Below, one piece after another: positions 11,686 to 25,024 of a stretch of 63,959 nucleotides of DNA. The position numbers were made by a program, and so were the translations under genes. The stretch's first letter is position 1; every line of letters starts with the position of its first letter. Under the pieces are notes generated by a model. It had not been told where the DNA came from, searched no databases, and worked only from the letters and a program-made list of their open reading frames with translations. This DNA comes from Octopus bimaculoides (taxonomy: Eukaryota), in the NCBI RefSeq assembly GCF_001194135.2, contig NC_068993.1:59703919-59767877 (forward strand). Direction: 5' to 3'.

Positions 11686-13098
11686 CAATTTACGGAATTC
11701 TTAATCATGTTAACACCATATTGGCCTCATTCCTCACCAATTCCCCTCTTATGCATGACAACACAACGGTGGCAAGTGGCAACTCTCATGGTGTGTTCGC
11801 GTGTTCCCAGCTGCACTGGAAGATCACATCGTTGCTGTATAATGGCCACCGACTGCCCACATAGTCAGCCATGCGTCTCTCTTTTGATGACTATAGGCGC
11901 GCGCGTGTATGTTCGTGTACCTGCGTGTGTCTGCGTGTGTGTGCGTCATTGTGAGTGCAATCGCGCCTGTATCCATGAAAGTGTACCTAAGAGTATGGAG
12001 ATGTTGATCTGTATGTGTGTTTGCATGTGTGTGTAAAAATGGATGTCAGATAATGAGACACGGATAGATATTAAAATATACACATACGCGTTAAATAGAA
12101 ATACAAATATGCACTGTAACATAAATACACACACAGCATTTATAATATACATGTATTTACGTACATATATAAATTATATTATCTCTCTCCCTCTCTCTCG
12201 CTTCTTACATATACACATACACACACATTTATGTATACATATATATATTTTTTACCCAAGCATGCATATATACATAAATATATGTATAAATACATACGTT
12301 TGTATGCTCACACACATATATACAAGTAAATATATGAATATACACATATAAATCTGTGTGTATATATATATATATATNNNNNNNNNNNNNNNNNNNNNNN
12401 NNNNNNNNNNNNNNNNNNNNNNNNNNNNNNNNNNNNNNNNNNNNNNNNNNNNNNNNNNNNNNNNNNNNNNNNNNNNNNNNNNNNNNNNNNNNNNNNNNNN
12501 NNNNNNNNNNNNNNNNNNNNNNNNNNNNNNNNNNNNNNNNNNNNNNNNNNNNNNNNNNNNNNNNNNNNNNNNNNNNNNNNNNNNNNNNNNNNNNNNNNNN
12601 NNNNNNNNNNNNNNNNNNNNNNNNNNNNNNNNNNNNNNNNNNNNNNNNNNNNNNNNNNNNNNNNNNNNNNNNNNNNNNNNNNNNNNNNNNNNNNNNNNNN
12701 NNNNNNNNNNNNNNNNNNNNNNNNNNNNNNNNNNNNNNNNNNNNNNNNNNNNNNNNNNNNNNNNNNNNNNNNNNNNNNNNNNNNNNNNNNNNNNNNNNNN
12801 NNNNNNNNNNNNNNNNNNNNNNNNNNNNNNNNNNNNNNNNNNNNNNNNNNNNNNNNNNNNNNNNNNNNNNNNNNNNNNNNNNNNNNNNNNNNNNNNNNNN
12901 NNNNNNNNNNNNNNNNNNNNNNNNNNNNNNNNNNNNNNNNNNNNNNNNNNNNNNNCCGCATTCAGTTGCATTTCGAACATTCGACGATGCAGAGTTCCAA
13001 ACAGCCACAATGATGAAACGTGCGTAAGGACAAATTATACAAACCTATGTTTATCGAAATTTCTGACTTCTCTCTTTCTGTACACACGCGCGCATGCA

Positions 13099-13150
<52 letters not shown>

Positions 13151-13731
13151 AATATACACGTTCCTCGCTATATATCAGCTGTTTGTGGTCACAGCTTTAG
13201 AGGGTGGTGAAGTGAAAGACGATCTAACGCCAGTGCCAAAATTAAAATTTTTCATTTCTTTTTGATACACACCAGCATGTCAGATTCTAATTTGACACAA
13301 AAAACGAAAAGGTATGCCGTGCTTTAGTGATTCCAGACACCTTTGATGTATGGTATTGACCGCATGAGCTGTTCTTCTGGAAGTATTCTTTGTTGTTTGG
13401 TATCTTTTGTTTTTTCTTGAGATTTTGTTGAATGGCGCATCCTGAATGTTTGAATGTTGTAGACAGACGACTGTGTCCTAGTTTTATCTTTTTATCAAAA
13501 TATTTCCTGTTCTCATGAGTCAGTTGGTGTCTGTTTAGGGCTGTAAAGATTGTAAAAAAAACCACGAGTCTTTTTTTTCTTCCCGAGTCCACAGAATAGA
13601 GATGAAAGAATTGTTGGGGACGCGTGTTGAACACACTTCTCCTGGTCATTCAACATAAGCGATTTACTCCATCTCCCCCCCCCCCCNNNNNNNNNNNNNN
13701 NNNNNNNNNNNNNNNNNNNNNNNNNNNNNNN

Positions 13732-13787
<56 letters not shown>

Positions 13788-13794
13788 AGATATT

Positions 13795-13920
13795 AGGCAG
13801 GTACTTTATCTATTGAATGTAATAGGATGAAAGGCAAAGTTGGTCTCGGCGGGATTTGAACTTGGGGCATAGAGGGCTGGAAGAAATACCGCAGCACATT
13901 CTATCTGACATCCTAACAAA
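13795..13920 (-). mobile_element. SINE-B, partial
   Basis: GGATGAAAGGCAAAGTTGGTCTCGGCGGGATTTGAACTT...GAAATACCGC matches 55990-56060. Confidence 0.75.
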
Positions 13921-14409
13921 GCTAAGCAGTACACAAAGCGTCACAGTTTCAATTTCTCATCATACTCATATACTTTGCAATTTATTTTCTCATGTGATAA
14001 CCATGCGCAAGATAAAAGTAAAATGAAATAAAACAAAACAGCCTCGATGTGAGTGACTATCGGTCTTGCTTAACTAACTGGGACATCATCCCACGAAACA
14101 TCATCTCATGCTTTACTGAACGACAAGAACCAATTATTTCATACACTAAAAACATTCGACTCATAAAGAAGCTATTGAAACAATTATTCTGTCGCTCGTA
14201 TACTATGTTGTTCATTACTTGGTAAATAGTAAGTATAAATTAATTAAGCAAGTATAATTTAATTAGGACAACACAATATACATTAATTAGGATAACTGGT
14301 GCTATATTTAGTTTGGCTTTTATTCCTTGCGTACGGAGGCGATTTTTAAAACTTCAGAGTGTCTTTACACATTTATTTTATGAGTGTGGAGTTAACGCCT
14401 TATCTCATT

Positions 14410-14565
14410 TCTTCCGGCTCTATGTGTTCTAAGTTTAGATTTTGCCGAGCTTTAGCTTCGCTTTGAATACTTTCGGGGTGGATAAACCATAAGAGTATTA
14501 CCTGAGTATTTGAGATCAACAGAATCAACAATCCCGTCTTCTTATTATTGCTGGCCTTGTGATTG
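14410..14565 (+). mobile_element. SINE-B, highly degenerate
   Basis: GTTCTAAGTTTAGATTTTGCCGAG...CTTTCGGGGTGGATAAA...GAGTA..TGAGATCAAC follows the SINE-B module order. Confidence 0.5.
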
Positions 14566-16150
14566 ACTAAAAGAACATCATCTGAAACACAGACACTCTC
14601 TCTCTCACACACGCGCACACACACGCGCACATACACACCCTTATGTATATATGTGTGTATGCTTTCATACAAACCAAATATTAAATGAACTGTAACATAT
14701 CTTGCAGACTCAATTGTATGTCCATAAGTTTATTGCATACACCCTTACATGTGTACATTTTTATGGATCTTAAGACTCACTTGCATGTATACATTTCTTT
14801 AAATATATATTATTCACTTCCACACTTCTAAATATATTCCACCTTCTAAATGTATTTTAGAAAACTACGTTGGGTTCTAATTTTAGACCATTTCAACGTA
14901 CTTGGCAATCCATTTCTTGTTGCAGGACTCTTTTGTTATAAACAAGAATTTTGTCTTGGTAATCGGACTTGTCCCATTTCAAATAGACTACAATAAACAA
15001 GTAGAAAATAATTTTTGCTATTGTGTTTAATAGAGGAAAAAAATATGTGTATTATATTCTGTGTTTCGTGTTGAGTTGAATCAACATATTTCTGAAAATA
15101 TTCAAACATCGAAGAAGACCACAACCGAAGGAACAAAAAACGAACATTATAAAATTGTTTGAGCTTATGTGGATACTTATAATTATGCATTGTGTGTGTT
15201 GTGTAAGTATGTATCTATAGGGTCCACAGTTCTTCAATATCCTCTCAAAAAGCCCGAGAGACATACACGGGGTCAAAATAGGTGTTTTCAAAACAAAACT
15301 GAATCTTCTATCAATTGTTCAGGATGAAGCCACCTCGCGGCAGGAAACGCAGATGAGAGCAGCAACATCAAATTCCCTCATTCGCCAAATGCCGTGTGTG
15401 AGAAGATTTTTCAAGTAAGGAATGTGTAGCGAAGCTAACGAAGGTGCCCCTGCATGGTCGCAGCTTTCGACCTGAATAGAATTGAAAAAAACCCAAAACA
15501 ACTCGGACATGTTTAATATGGTTACACTAATACAATCTTCCATATATTCCCGTAGAGAAATTAGCACACAGGCGCACACACCTATGCAAATCTGTTTGTG
15601 TGCATACACTGCATAATATTAATTCATTGAAGAGTCTATTCATTCGAAGCAGATGCTACTCTGAGTTTGGTGCATCTGTGAGGTGAGTTACGCGTTCGTT
15701 CCACCGAAAGTACTACCGGTATTTCGTTCGGTTTCTCCATATCTTGCCTTCCCGCTCGCACAATACCCCTGTTACTCTCCTCCCCACTTCTCTCTCGCTG
15801 ACGCGTAATCGCCGGTTTAAGGCTCCTTTCTCTCGTCTTTCTTGTCTTTCGTTCGTTCTTCTTTTCTTCCTCTCTTTTAGTTTTAAATCATTCCCAATCA
15901 CCTCGTTCCAGCTCTCTCACTCCCTTACTAACTCTCTTTCTCTCTCACTTATCTCTCCCCATCTTAGTTTAACTATCAGTCTCTCGATTCCTCTTCTCTA
16001 TCACCCGCCCTTCTCCACATCCGTCTCCATTATATTTGTACAATTTCTTCGTTAATTATAAGTTTTTCATTTCTGGTTCCTTCTCCCTGATCTTATCAAT
16101 AATGCAGACTTCGTTACCACAGACGCATCACTAAGTGCAAAGTGAGAACC

Positions 16151-16191
<41 letters not shown>

Positions 16192-16954
16192 CACACACTC
16201 ACACACACACATACACAAACACACACACGCTCAGACATATTTATAATATCACACACTCATAATGAAACATATATATATATATATGTACATACATACAACA
16301 CACANNNNNNNNNNNNNNNNNNNNNNNNNNNNNNNNNNNNNNNNNNNNNNNNNNNNNNNNNNNNNNNNNNNNNNNNNNNNNNNNNNNNNNNNNNNNNNNN
16401 NNNNNNNNNNNNNNNNNNNNNNNNNNNNNNNNNNNNNNNNNNNNNNNNNNNNNNNNNNNNNNNNNNNNNNNNNNNNNNNNNNNNNNNNNNNNNNNNNNNN
16501 NNNNNNNNNNNNNNNNNNNNNNNNNNNNNNNNNNNNNNNNNNNNNNNNNNNNNNNNNNNNNNNNNNNNNNNNNNNNNNNNNNNNNNNNNNNNNNNNNNNN
16601 NNNNNNNNNNNNNNNNNNNNNNNNNNNNNNNNNNNNNNNNNNNNNNNNNNNNNNNNNNNNNNNNNNNNNNNNNNNNNNNNNNNNNNNNNNNNNNNNNNNN
16701 NNNNNNNNNNNNNNNNNNNNNNNNNNNNNNNNNNNNNNNNNNNNNNNNNNNNNNNNNNNNNNNNNNNNNNNNNNNNNNNNNNNNNNNNNNNNNNNNNNNN
16801 NNNNNNNNNNNNNNNNNNNNNNNNNNNNNNNNNNNNNNNNNNNNNNNNNNNNNNNNNNNNNNNNNNNNNNNNNNNNNNNNNNNNNNNNNNNNNNNNNNNN
16901 NNNNNNNNNNNNNNNNNNNNNNNNNNNNNNNNNNNNNNNNNNNNNNNNNNNNNN

Positions 16955-17001
<47 letters not shown>

Positions 17002-17349
17002 ATATAACGGAATAATGATAAACGCTATTTTATAATGATAATAATAATGCTAATGAATTTTTTTTTTTTTTATAAATAGGGAGAAAAATAAAACAGAGGA
17101 GTTGGGAAAATATTTAATAGAGTAAAATTCTAGAAATAAATAATTTAGAAAATGTAGCTAAAATTAAAGAATATCATAAAAACGACAGAAAGTATTAAAT
17201 ATAAAGTAAATAAATATGAAATGCGTAAATAATATACATATATATATCTCAACACATATATACACTTATATATGTACATGTATACATACCTAGATACATA
17301 CATATATGCATACATGTATATATATGTATATTTACACACACACACACAT

Positions 17350-17405
<56 letters not shown>

Positions 17406-17719
17406 TATGTATATATGTCTAGACACATGCACATATCCATGTATGAATGTAGGCGAAAAAGAAATAAAAAACAAGACATTCGAAATTGATATAAAATGCT
17501 GAGTTAATATAAAGAAATAAAAGTAAACAATACTAAATAAAAATACATGTAGAATTAAAAAAAAAAACCATTTACGAAAAATATGCGCAAAAATTCTTCA
17601 GAAAAATTTGCTATACAGCTTTAAATATATTAAATGAAACTAGTATATAGATGAACACACACACACACACATATGTATATATATATATACGCATGCACAT
17701 ACATATATATGTACGTATG

Positions 17720-17780
<61 letters not shown>

Positions 17781-18008
17781 NNNNNNNNNNNNNNNNNNNN
17801 NNNNNNNNNNNNNNNNNNNNNNNNNNNNNNNNNNNNNNNNNNNNNNNNNNNNNNNNNNNNNNNNNNNNNNNNNNNNNNNNNNNNNNNNNNNNNNNNNNNN
17901 NNNNNNNNNNNNNNNNNNNNNNNNNNNNNNNNNNNNNNNNNNNNNNNNNNNNNNNNNNNNNNNNNNNNNNNNNNNNNNNNNNNNNNNNNNNNNNNNNNNN
18001 NNNNNNTG

Positions 18009-18039
<31 letters not shown>

Positions 18040-18659
18040 ATATATATATATATCTATTTATGTATGTATATATGTATGCATGTATGTATTATGTATGTAT
18101 GTATGTATGTATGCATGTATGTATGTATGCAAACGCATTTATGTGTTATTGTATATGTAGAAATTTTAAATACCTTAAGATAGGTAACGTTTAAAATTTT
18201 AAATCAAATTTTACATTAGTGTATAAGTTTCTCATATCGAAAGGAAAATGGTGCAACATTTCGTAAAATACCAACCAAAGAGTAGACTGGGATATACAAT
18301 AAAGTATACGAAATATAAAATTATAACTGACGTAATGCATATAGTTGAAATATTTTATTATAAGTATCGAATTGTAACGCATGCAGAGCATAAGAACGTG
18401 TAATTCCGTCCAATTTGTACTGGGTCTGTGGTCCGTTTTGATTTAGTCGTGATGTGTTTTTCCCTTGCTAATAATAATAGTTTGGCATTTATCATCAGTT
18501 CATCAGTCATTCAATTGTGTGTGTGTGTGTGTGTGTATAAAGACAAAAGCTGCAATATGAAGTGCCATTTTAATTCTGTGTTACACTTGTTTCAATAGAA
18601 CGTGATGCAGACATTTTGTGAATGTAAATATCACTATTGAACATAATATAAATGTAGTG

Positions 18660-18885
18660 AACTAGCACAATCGTTAGCTGGTCAGACAAAATGCTTAGTT
18701 TCATTTCGTCCGTCTCTACGTTCTGAATTCAAATTCACCCGGGGTCGATTTTGCTTTTCATTCCTTTCGAGGTCGCTAAAATAAAGTACCAGCTGAGTAC
18801 ATAAAGTACCAGCTGAGTGAATGAAACATAACTTAGTCCTCACCCAGATATTCATTGCCTTGTGCCAGAATTTGAAACCAATATT
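18660..18885 (+). mobile_element. SINE-B with internal 18-bp tandem duplication
   Basis: TCGTTAGC..GACAAAATGCTT..ATTTCGTCCGTC..GTTCTGAATTCAAATTC..GGTCGATTTTGCTTTTCATTCCTTTCGAGGTCG. ATAAAGTACCAGCTGAGT occurs twice at 18781-18818. Confidence 0.85.
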
Positions 18886-18957
18886 AAAAATAACACACAT
18901 AATATATACATAGCAGATGTACACACAAATATATAAACATGTAGAAAACACATACAC

Positions 18958-18984
18958 ATATCTATCTATCTATCTGTCTGTCTC

Positions 18985-19035
<51 letters not shown>

Positions 19036-19068
19036 GTCTATCTCTCTCTCTCTCTCTATCTATCTCTG

Positions 19069-19122
<54 letters not shown>

Positions 19123-19184
19123 AATCTACCTATCTCTCTCTCTCTCTCTCTCTATCTATCTCTACCTACCTATCTATCTATCTA

Positions 19185-19243
<59 letters not shown>
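18958..19243. repeat. Compound (TCTA)n/(TC)n microsatellite leading into a gap
   Basis: Direct reading. Confidence 0.95.
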
Positions 19244-19979
19244 NNNNNNNNNNNNNNNNNNNNNNNNNNNNNNNNNNNNNNNNNNNNNNNNNNNNNNNNN
19301 NNNNNNNNNNNNNNNNNNNNNNNNNNNNNNNNNNNNNNNNNNNNNNNNNNNNNNNNNNNNNNNNNNNNNNNNNNNNNNNNNNNNNNNNNNNNNNNNNNNN
19401 NNNNNNNNNNNNNNNNNNNNNNNNNNNNNNNNNNNNNNNNNNNNNNNNNNNNNNNNNNNNNNNNNNNNNNNNNNNNNNNNNNNNNNNNNNNNNNNNNNNN
19501 NNNNNNNNNNNNNNNNNNNNNNNNNNNNNNNNNNNNNNNNNNNNNNNNNNNNNNNNNNNNNNNNNNNNNNNNNNNNNNNNNNNNNNNNNNNNNNNNNNNN
19601 NNNNNNNNNNNNNNNNNNNNNNNNNNNNNNNNNNNNNNNNNNNNNNNNNNNNNNNNNNNNNNNNNNNNNNNNNNNNNNNNNNNNNNNNNNNNNNNNNNNN
19701 NNNNNNNNNNNNNNNNNNNNNNNNNNNNNNNNNNNNNNNNNNNNNNNNNNNNNNNNNNNNNNNNNNNNNNNNNNNNNNNNNNNNNNNNNNNNNNNNNNNN
19801 NNNNNNNNNNNNNNNNNNNNNNNNNNNNNNNNNNNNNNNNNNNNNNNNNNNNNNNNNNNNNNNNNNNNNNNNNNNNNNNNNNNNNNNNNNNNNNNNNNNN
19901 NNNNNNNNNNNNNNNNNNATTAATGCACCAGTTATTAATTCGAATTTCTCAACTAAATCCGAAACTGCACACATTTTTC

Positions 19980-21085
19980 ACACCACCACCACCACCACCA
20001 CCACCACCACCACTACCACCACCGTCGGCGCCATCAACACAATCTCCACCACCACTACCGCCATCATCATTGACAACATCCGAACCACACAACGCTCCAT
20101 TCCTTGCTCTACCGCCACATTATTACCAACCACCAGGTACCACTTCCAACACCACCATTATCAGCATCTTCACCATGCACAAGTCCCCACATCACATCAT
20201 CCCCGCCACCAGTAAAAGCATGACCAGCATCCTCGCCGTTCCCCCATCATCACCACCGTCAAGAGAACGAGTCTACAAAAGAGCTTCTACGTTGCTACGC
20301 GACCTGAAAGAGAGAAATAACAGTTAAATCTTCCTTGGATCATAGGAAACTTCTTAGAATAGGAAACATCCGATATTGTAACCCAGAATTCTCTGCATAG
20401 AGGAAAAAAGAAGAGATGGGCATTTTTGGAATAGGTCTGAAACATATCTGCTTGGTGAAGACTGACCTTGGGCTATAACAACAAGAGTTGTCACAACCAT
20501 CACAGCCACCTCCACCACCACCAGTAGGATCTCTCCCACCCTAACTATAATCCCATCATTACCATCATGGCCATCGCGAAACCCATCACCATCACAACCA
20601 TCATGAATACCGCCCCAGAACAACTATCCTTTCTATCAGCACCATTTAGAACCACAGCAATGCCAACCGCCGTCTTAAATCTACACGTCACCACACGCCA
20701 CCCCGCTTCCTCACAAAAAGTTTAGGAAGCGACATCTCCATTCATATGTTTAAGTGATCAGTGCAGACTTTGGACTAAACAGAAACAGCAGCCAGACAAC
20801 AATCACCGCCGCTACAACGCCATCACTCAACTCCACTACAACGAACACCACCACCACTACCATCTCAACATCACCATAACCACCACCAACACCACCATCA
20901 TAATCATTAAGAACCACAGCAATGTCATATCGTCAACACAAATGCGCAACACCACGTACCAAAAAATGCCACAACCACCACCACCACTATCATCATTATT
21001 ATAATACAATAACCGTAATACCACCATCCTCGCCACCATCACGGAACATCATACACCACTTCCCACCACCACTAGAACCACCATG
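19980..21085. repeat. Degenerate CAC/CAT trinucleotide low-complexity tract
   Basis: ACC/CAC/CAT-rich runs with unique-looking islands; yields Thr/His/Pro-rich pseudo-ORFs. Confidence 0.8.
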
Positions 21086-21340
21086 AATCATGATCTTGGT
21101 TATGGGCAATTTTCGTCTATTGTATTTTTGGTTGATTCATACGAGACTGGCTGTTTCTGGCGTATTATTAGGTTTGTTAACTTCATACAGTCTTGAGAGA
21201 CCGTATCTTTTCGATGAGATTGGAAGTATTTTGTTAAATATGCTGCAACATCCATGTTGGTGATTTTCTTGTTGAACTCTGGATACATCGTCGTCGCAGG
21301 CTGCCTCTTTGAAGTTTGTGATTCTGTTTTTGTTCTTTTC

Positions 21341-21408
21341 TTTGATGCACGAGTGTTTGTAACGAGTGTTTGATGCACGAGTGTTTGATGCACGAGTGTT
21401 TGTAACGA
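21341..21408. repeat. Mixed 15/13-bp minisatellite (TTTGATGCACGAGTG / TTTGTAACGAGTG)
   Basis: Units in order A-B-A-A-B' at 21341, 21356, 21369, 21384 and 21399. Confidence 0.95.
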
Positions 21409-21514
21409 TACCTGGTAGGTGATGGCCTGCATATCTATTCTTTAGACGTTCTGGTAGATTAAAAATGCAGATATGCTAGTCACTGTTGTGTATGTGGAGA
21501 CATTAATAACAATG

Positions 21515-21573
<59 letters not shown>

Positions 21574-21623
21574 TATGATGATGATGATGATGATGATGAA
21601 GATGATGATGATGATGATGATGA

Positions 21624-21920
21624 TGGACTCTCCCGTCTAAGACGACGCATGAGCGTTCAGCCTTTGCCCAACGACTTCCACAAATGATTTGCTTATAATG
21701 ACCAAATGTTCGTGCCGCTCATTAGCCAATTCTCTCCATCAAATCGACGTTGCCTGGACAGGTGCACAAGTCCACCACGTATCAGGTGTCCAAGTGATTG
21801 CAGAGCAACGCGAGATGAAGGGTTTTGCTCAAGAATACAACGCACCACTTTGGCTAGGAATTGAAATCACGACATAGCGATCGTGAGTGCAACACCCTAA
21901 CCACTAAGCCATGCGCCTTC
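21624..21920 (-). mobile_element. SINE-C (tRNA head plus CORE-like domain) with tail type ii ending in (TCA)n
   Basis: rc reads GGCGCATGGCTTAGTGGTTAGGGTG (A box)...ATTTCAATTCC (B-box remnant)...TTCTTGAGCAAAACCCTTCATCTCGCGTTGCTC. The tail differs from that of the 36.3 kb copy. Confidence 0.8.
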
Positions 21921-21938
21921 GCAATAATGATGATGATG

Positions 21939-22027
<89 letters not shown>

Positions 22028-23051
22028 GAGTGATATGGTTTCATAAACGTGTGAAAAGCGTTGTAATGCAGTTCTTCTGTACCGATATAAAGTTAGTCGA
22101 TTATACCATTCTTCTGCGAATTGGTGACCTTGTGTCAACGGTAAAAGTCAATAATGACAGCGGTGGTAATGTTTACCGTTCAAAAAAGAAAATGGCTAAA
22201 TTGGATTAGAGATGCTTCCGGTGAAGATACGGCGTGATCTTTTACTGCAAATTACTTTCGCTGTGTTCTTTAAGTAGTTCTGTTGAAGTAACTGACCTTC
22301 ACTACTTCACCTGTTTAACTAATTTGCAAAATCAAAGGTGTGACATCACCTGCGTCAGGTTTATTAAACCACAAGATAATATCCTTATGATCTCTAAACT
22401 ATACAACAGAGACAACTGTAGTCGTTTAAGGAAAGAGATAGAAAGAATGAGAGGAGTGATGAGAGTAGAAGAATACATTGGGGTATGGGTGGGGGGAAGG
22501 AAGAAAGAATCAGAGAATGAAATAGAGAGAACGGGTGTCAGAGAAAGTAAGAGACGGAAAGAAAAAGCGGGCACGAGAGAAATCCCATTTGGAATCTGTA
22601 CACAGCGACATTTCAAATGCTTAATACTGTACACAGTTTATTTTTTCTATATAGACAAATACACNNNNNNNNNNNNNNNNNNNNNNNNNNNNNNNNNNNN
22701 NNNNNNNNNNNNNNNNNNNNNNNNNNNNNNNNNNNNNNNNNNNNNNNNNNNNNNNNNNNNNNNNNNNNNNNNNNNNNNNNNNNNNNNNNNNNNNNNNNNN
22801 NNNNNNNNNNNNNNNNNNNNNNNNNNNNNNNNNNNNNNNNNNNNNNNNNNNNNNNNNNNNNNNNNNNNNNNNNNNNNNNNNNNNNNNNNNNNNNNNNNNN
22901 NNNNNNNNNNNNNNNNNNNNNNNNNNNNNNNNNNNNNNNNNNNNNNNNNNNNNNNNNNNNNNNNNNNNNNNNNNNNNNNNNNNNNNNNNNNNNNNNNNNN
23001 NNNNNNNNNNNNNNNNNNNNNNNNNNNNNNNNNNNNNNNNNNNNNNNNNNN

Positions 23052-23086
<35 letters not shown>

Positions 23087-23590
23087 TAGATAGATAGATA
23101 GATAGTTAGATAGATATATATACGGTGGAGAGAGTAGTTCGCGTGTATAAAACAGTGCATGTGAGGACATGTATATTTATATGTAGGTATAATTTCTACT
23201 CAATAAGTAAACATACCAAGTAGCAAACACGGTCCCGTGTGTCTGAATATACGTTTGAACATAAATATATCTGCTTAATTTTGTTACCATGCACAAATTT
23301 CCAGCACTCTCAATACACACACACACACACCCACCCACCCACATGGACTTGGTGATATCTTCCAATTACAAGAATGCATGAACACAATTGCTCTGTTGCA
23401 CAGTTGTATGGTATCACTTTATTGATAAAAGAATACCGACTCTGCAGCTGTTGAGTCCTTTCTTAAGTTACGATCGTTTCGATCCAAGATCGAAATGTGC
23501 AACGGATGCATGCATGTATGTTTGTATATATGTATGTATGCATGTATCTCTATGTATGTATGTATGTATGTATGTATGTATGTATGTATG

Positions 23591-23750
23591 CAGTGGTTAG
23601 AGTGTAGGGCTCAAAATCATGAGATAGTGAGTTCGATTCCTGGGCTATGTGTTGTCTTCTTGAGCAAGACACTTTATTCCACGTTGCTCCAGTTCATTCA
23701 GCTGTAGAAATGAATTACAACGTCATTGATGCGAAGCTGTGTCGGTCTTT
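23591..23750 (+). mobile_element. SINE-C (CORE-type), runs into gap
   Basis: CAGTGGTTAGAGTG..GAGTTCGATTCC (A/B boxes) then TTGAGCAAGACACTTTATTCCACGTTGCTCCAGTTCATTCAGCTGTAGAAATG, which aligns to the MIR-type CORE consensus TTGGGCAAGTCACTT...CAGTTTCCTCATCTGTAAAATGG. Confidence 0.88.
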
Positions 23751-24369
23751 NNNNNNNNNNNNNNNNNNNNNNNNNNNNNNNNNNNNNNNNNNNNNNNNNN
23801 NNNNNNNNNNNNNNNNNNNNNNNNNNNNNNNNNNNNNNNNNNNNNNNNNNNNNNNNNNNNNNNNNNNNNNNNNNNNNNNNNNNNNNNNNNNNNNNNNNNN
23901 NNNNNNNNNNNNNNNNNNNNNNNNNNNNNNNNNNNNNNNNNNNNNNNNNNNNNNNNNNNNNNNNNNNNNNNNNNNNNNNNNNNNNNNNNNNNNNNNNNNN
24001 NNNNNNNNNNNNNNNNNNNNNNNNNNNNNNNNNNNNNNNNNNNNNNNNNNNNNNNNNNNNNNNNNNNNNNNNNNNNNNNNNNNNNNNNNNNNNNNNNNNN
24101 NNNNNNNNNNNNNNNNNNNNNNNNNNNNNNNNNNNNNNNNNNNNNNNNNNNNNNNNNNNNNNNNNNNNNNNNNNNNNNNNNNNNNNNNNNNNNNNNNNNN
24201 NNNNNNNNNNNNNNNNNATATATATGTATTTATACAACTACGTGTAAACATGAATATATGCATCAATATATGTTTACACGTATGTATGTGAACATACAAT
24301 CATATACTTAGGTAAATGCAAAATAGATGAAAGTATTCGCATACAGGCGCAAGTCCGTGCTCATATACT

Positions 24370-24750
24370 TGTGAAGGCGGAAACTTGACCATTCACCGAC
24401 AACAAATACGAGACCCCAGTACTAGGCAGATTCCACTGAGAGGACATATAGACATAATAGTAAGTTCCCCAAATTCAAGGTCTTCCCACTCTAACTATGT
24501 TCAGTGAATACCATAGATGAAGCACGGATAAGCAAAGAAAATACTTTCATAGAAAAGTACAAACAAAGACTTAACAAACTTTAACAGAGTACATACACAA
24601 ATAACTATTGACACACAAAATTCATTCTGCTACATCCCACGAGGAAGCTTCACAGCCGACAATCAAAACTAGCCACTGGACTACATACAAAGAGCCCTGT
24701 CCACTCTCCCACCCGGCAGATTAAATTTGGAGTGCCTTGATTATAACTAA
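24370..24750 (+). mobile_element. Penelope-like retroelement 3' remnant (GIY-YIG endonuclease C-terminus plus 3' pLTR-like region)
   Basis: Frameshifted peptides LTIHRQQIRDPSTRQIPLRGHIDI and PKFKVFPL*LCS...ARISKENTFIEKYKQRLN* (stop about 24584) resemble PLE GIY-YIG C-termini. A decayed HHR-like motif follows at 24636-24674. Confidence 0.7.
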
Positions 24751-24753
24751 ACA

Positions 24754-25024
24754 TGTTCACTCAACCGTGTCAGCCTTCTTTTTAGGCGCAAAATATACTG
24801 TCACGTGACACTAACGCACGAAGGTAGCGGAAAACATACAAAAGTTTATCTACTTAATCATGTGTTCATTCTCTACAAACACTTGACAGAAAATATTCAG
24901 AGTATTGATTGTCTGTACGTGTTCAGTCAATCGTGTCAGCCTTAACGGCACCAAGCATTGTCACTTGATACTAAAACACGAATGTAGCGGGGAACCTGCA
25001 AAAATTTCCAACACTAGTCATGTG
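24754..25024 (+). repeat. Diverged direct repeat, about 105 bp, period about 165 bp
   Basis: TGTTCACTCAACCGTGTCAGCCTT...TGTCACGTGACACTAACGCACGAAGGTAGCGG...TCATGTG (24754-24864) versus TGTTCAGTCAATCGTGTCAGCCTT...TGTCACTTGATACTAAAACACGAATGTAGCGG...TCATGTG (24920-25024). Confidence 0.8.

Noticed and set aside
12981-13030. GAAAC-GTGC-GTA hammerhead-like stem III
   Set aside because: The upstream box reads TCGACGA, not CTGANGA, and no stem II pairs; too degenerate to call.
21341-21408. Short regular repeats as a possible CRISPR array
   Set aside because: Units are contiguous with no unique spacers, in a eukaryotic context; it is a minisatellite.
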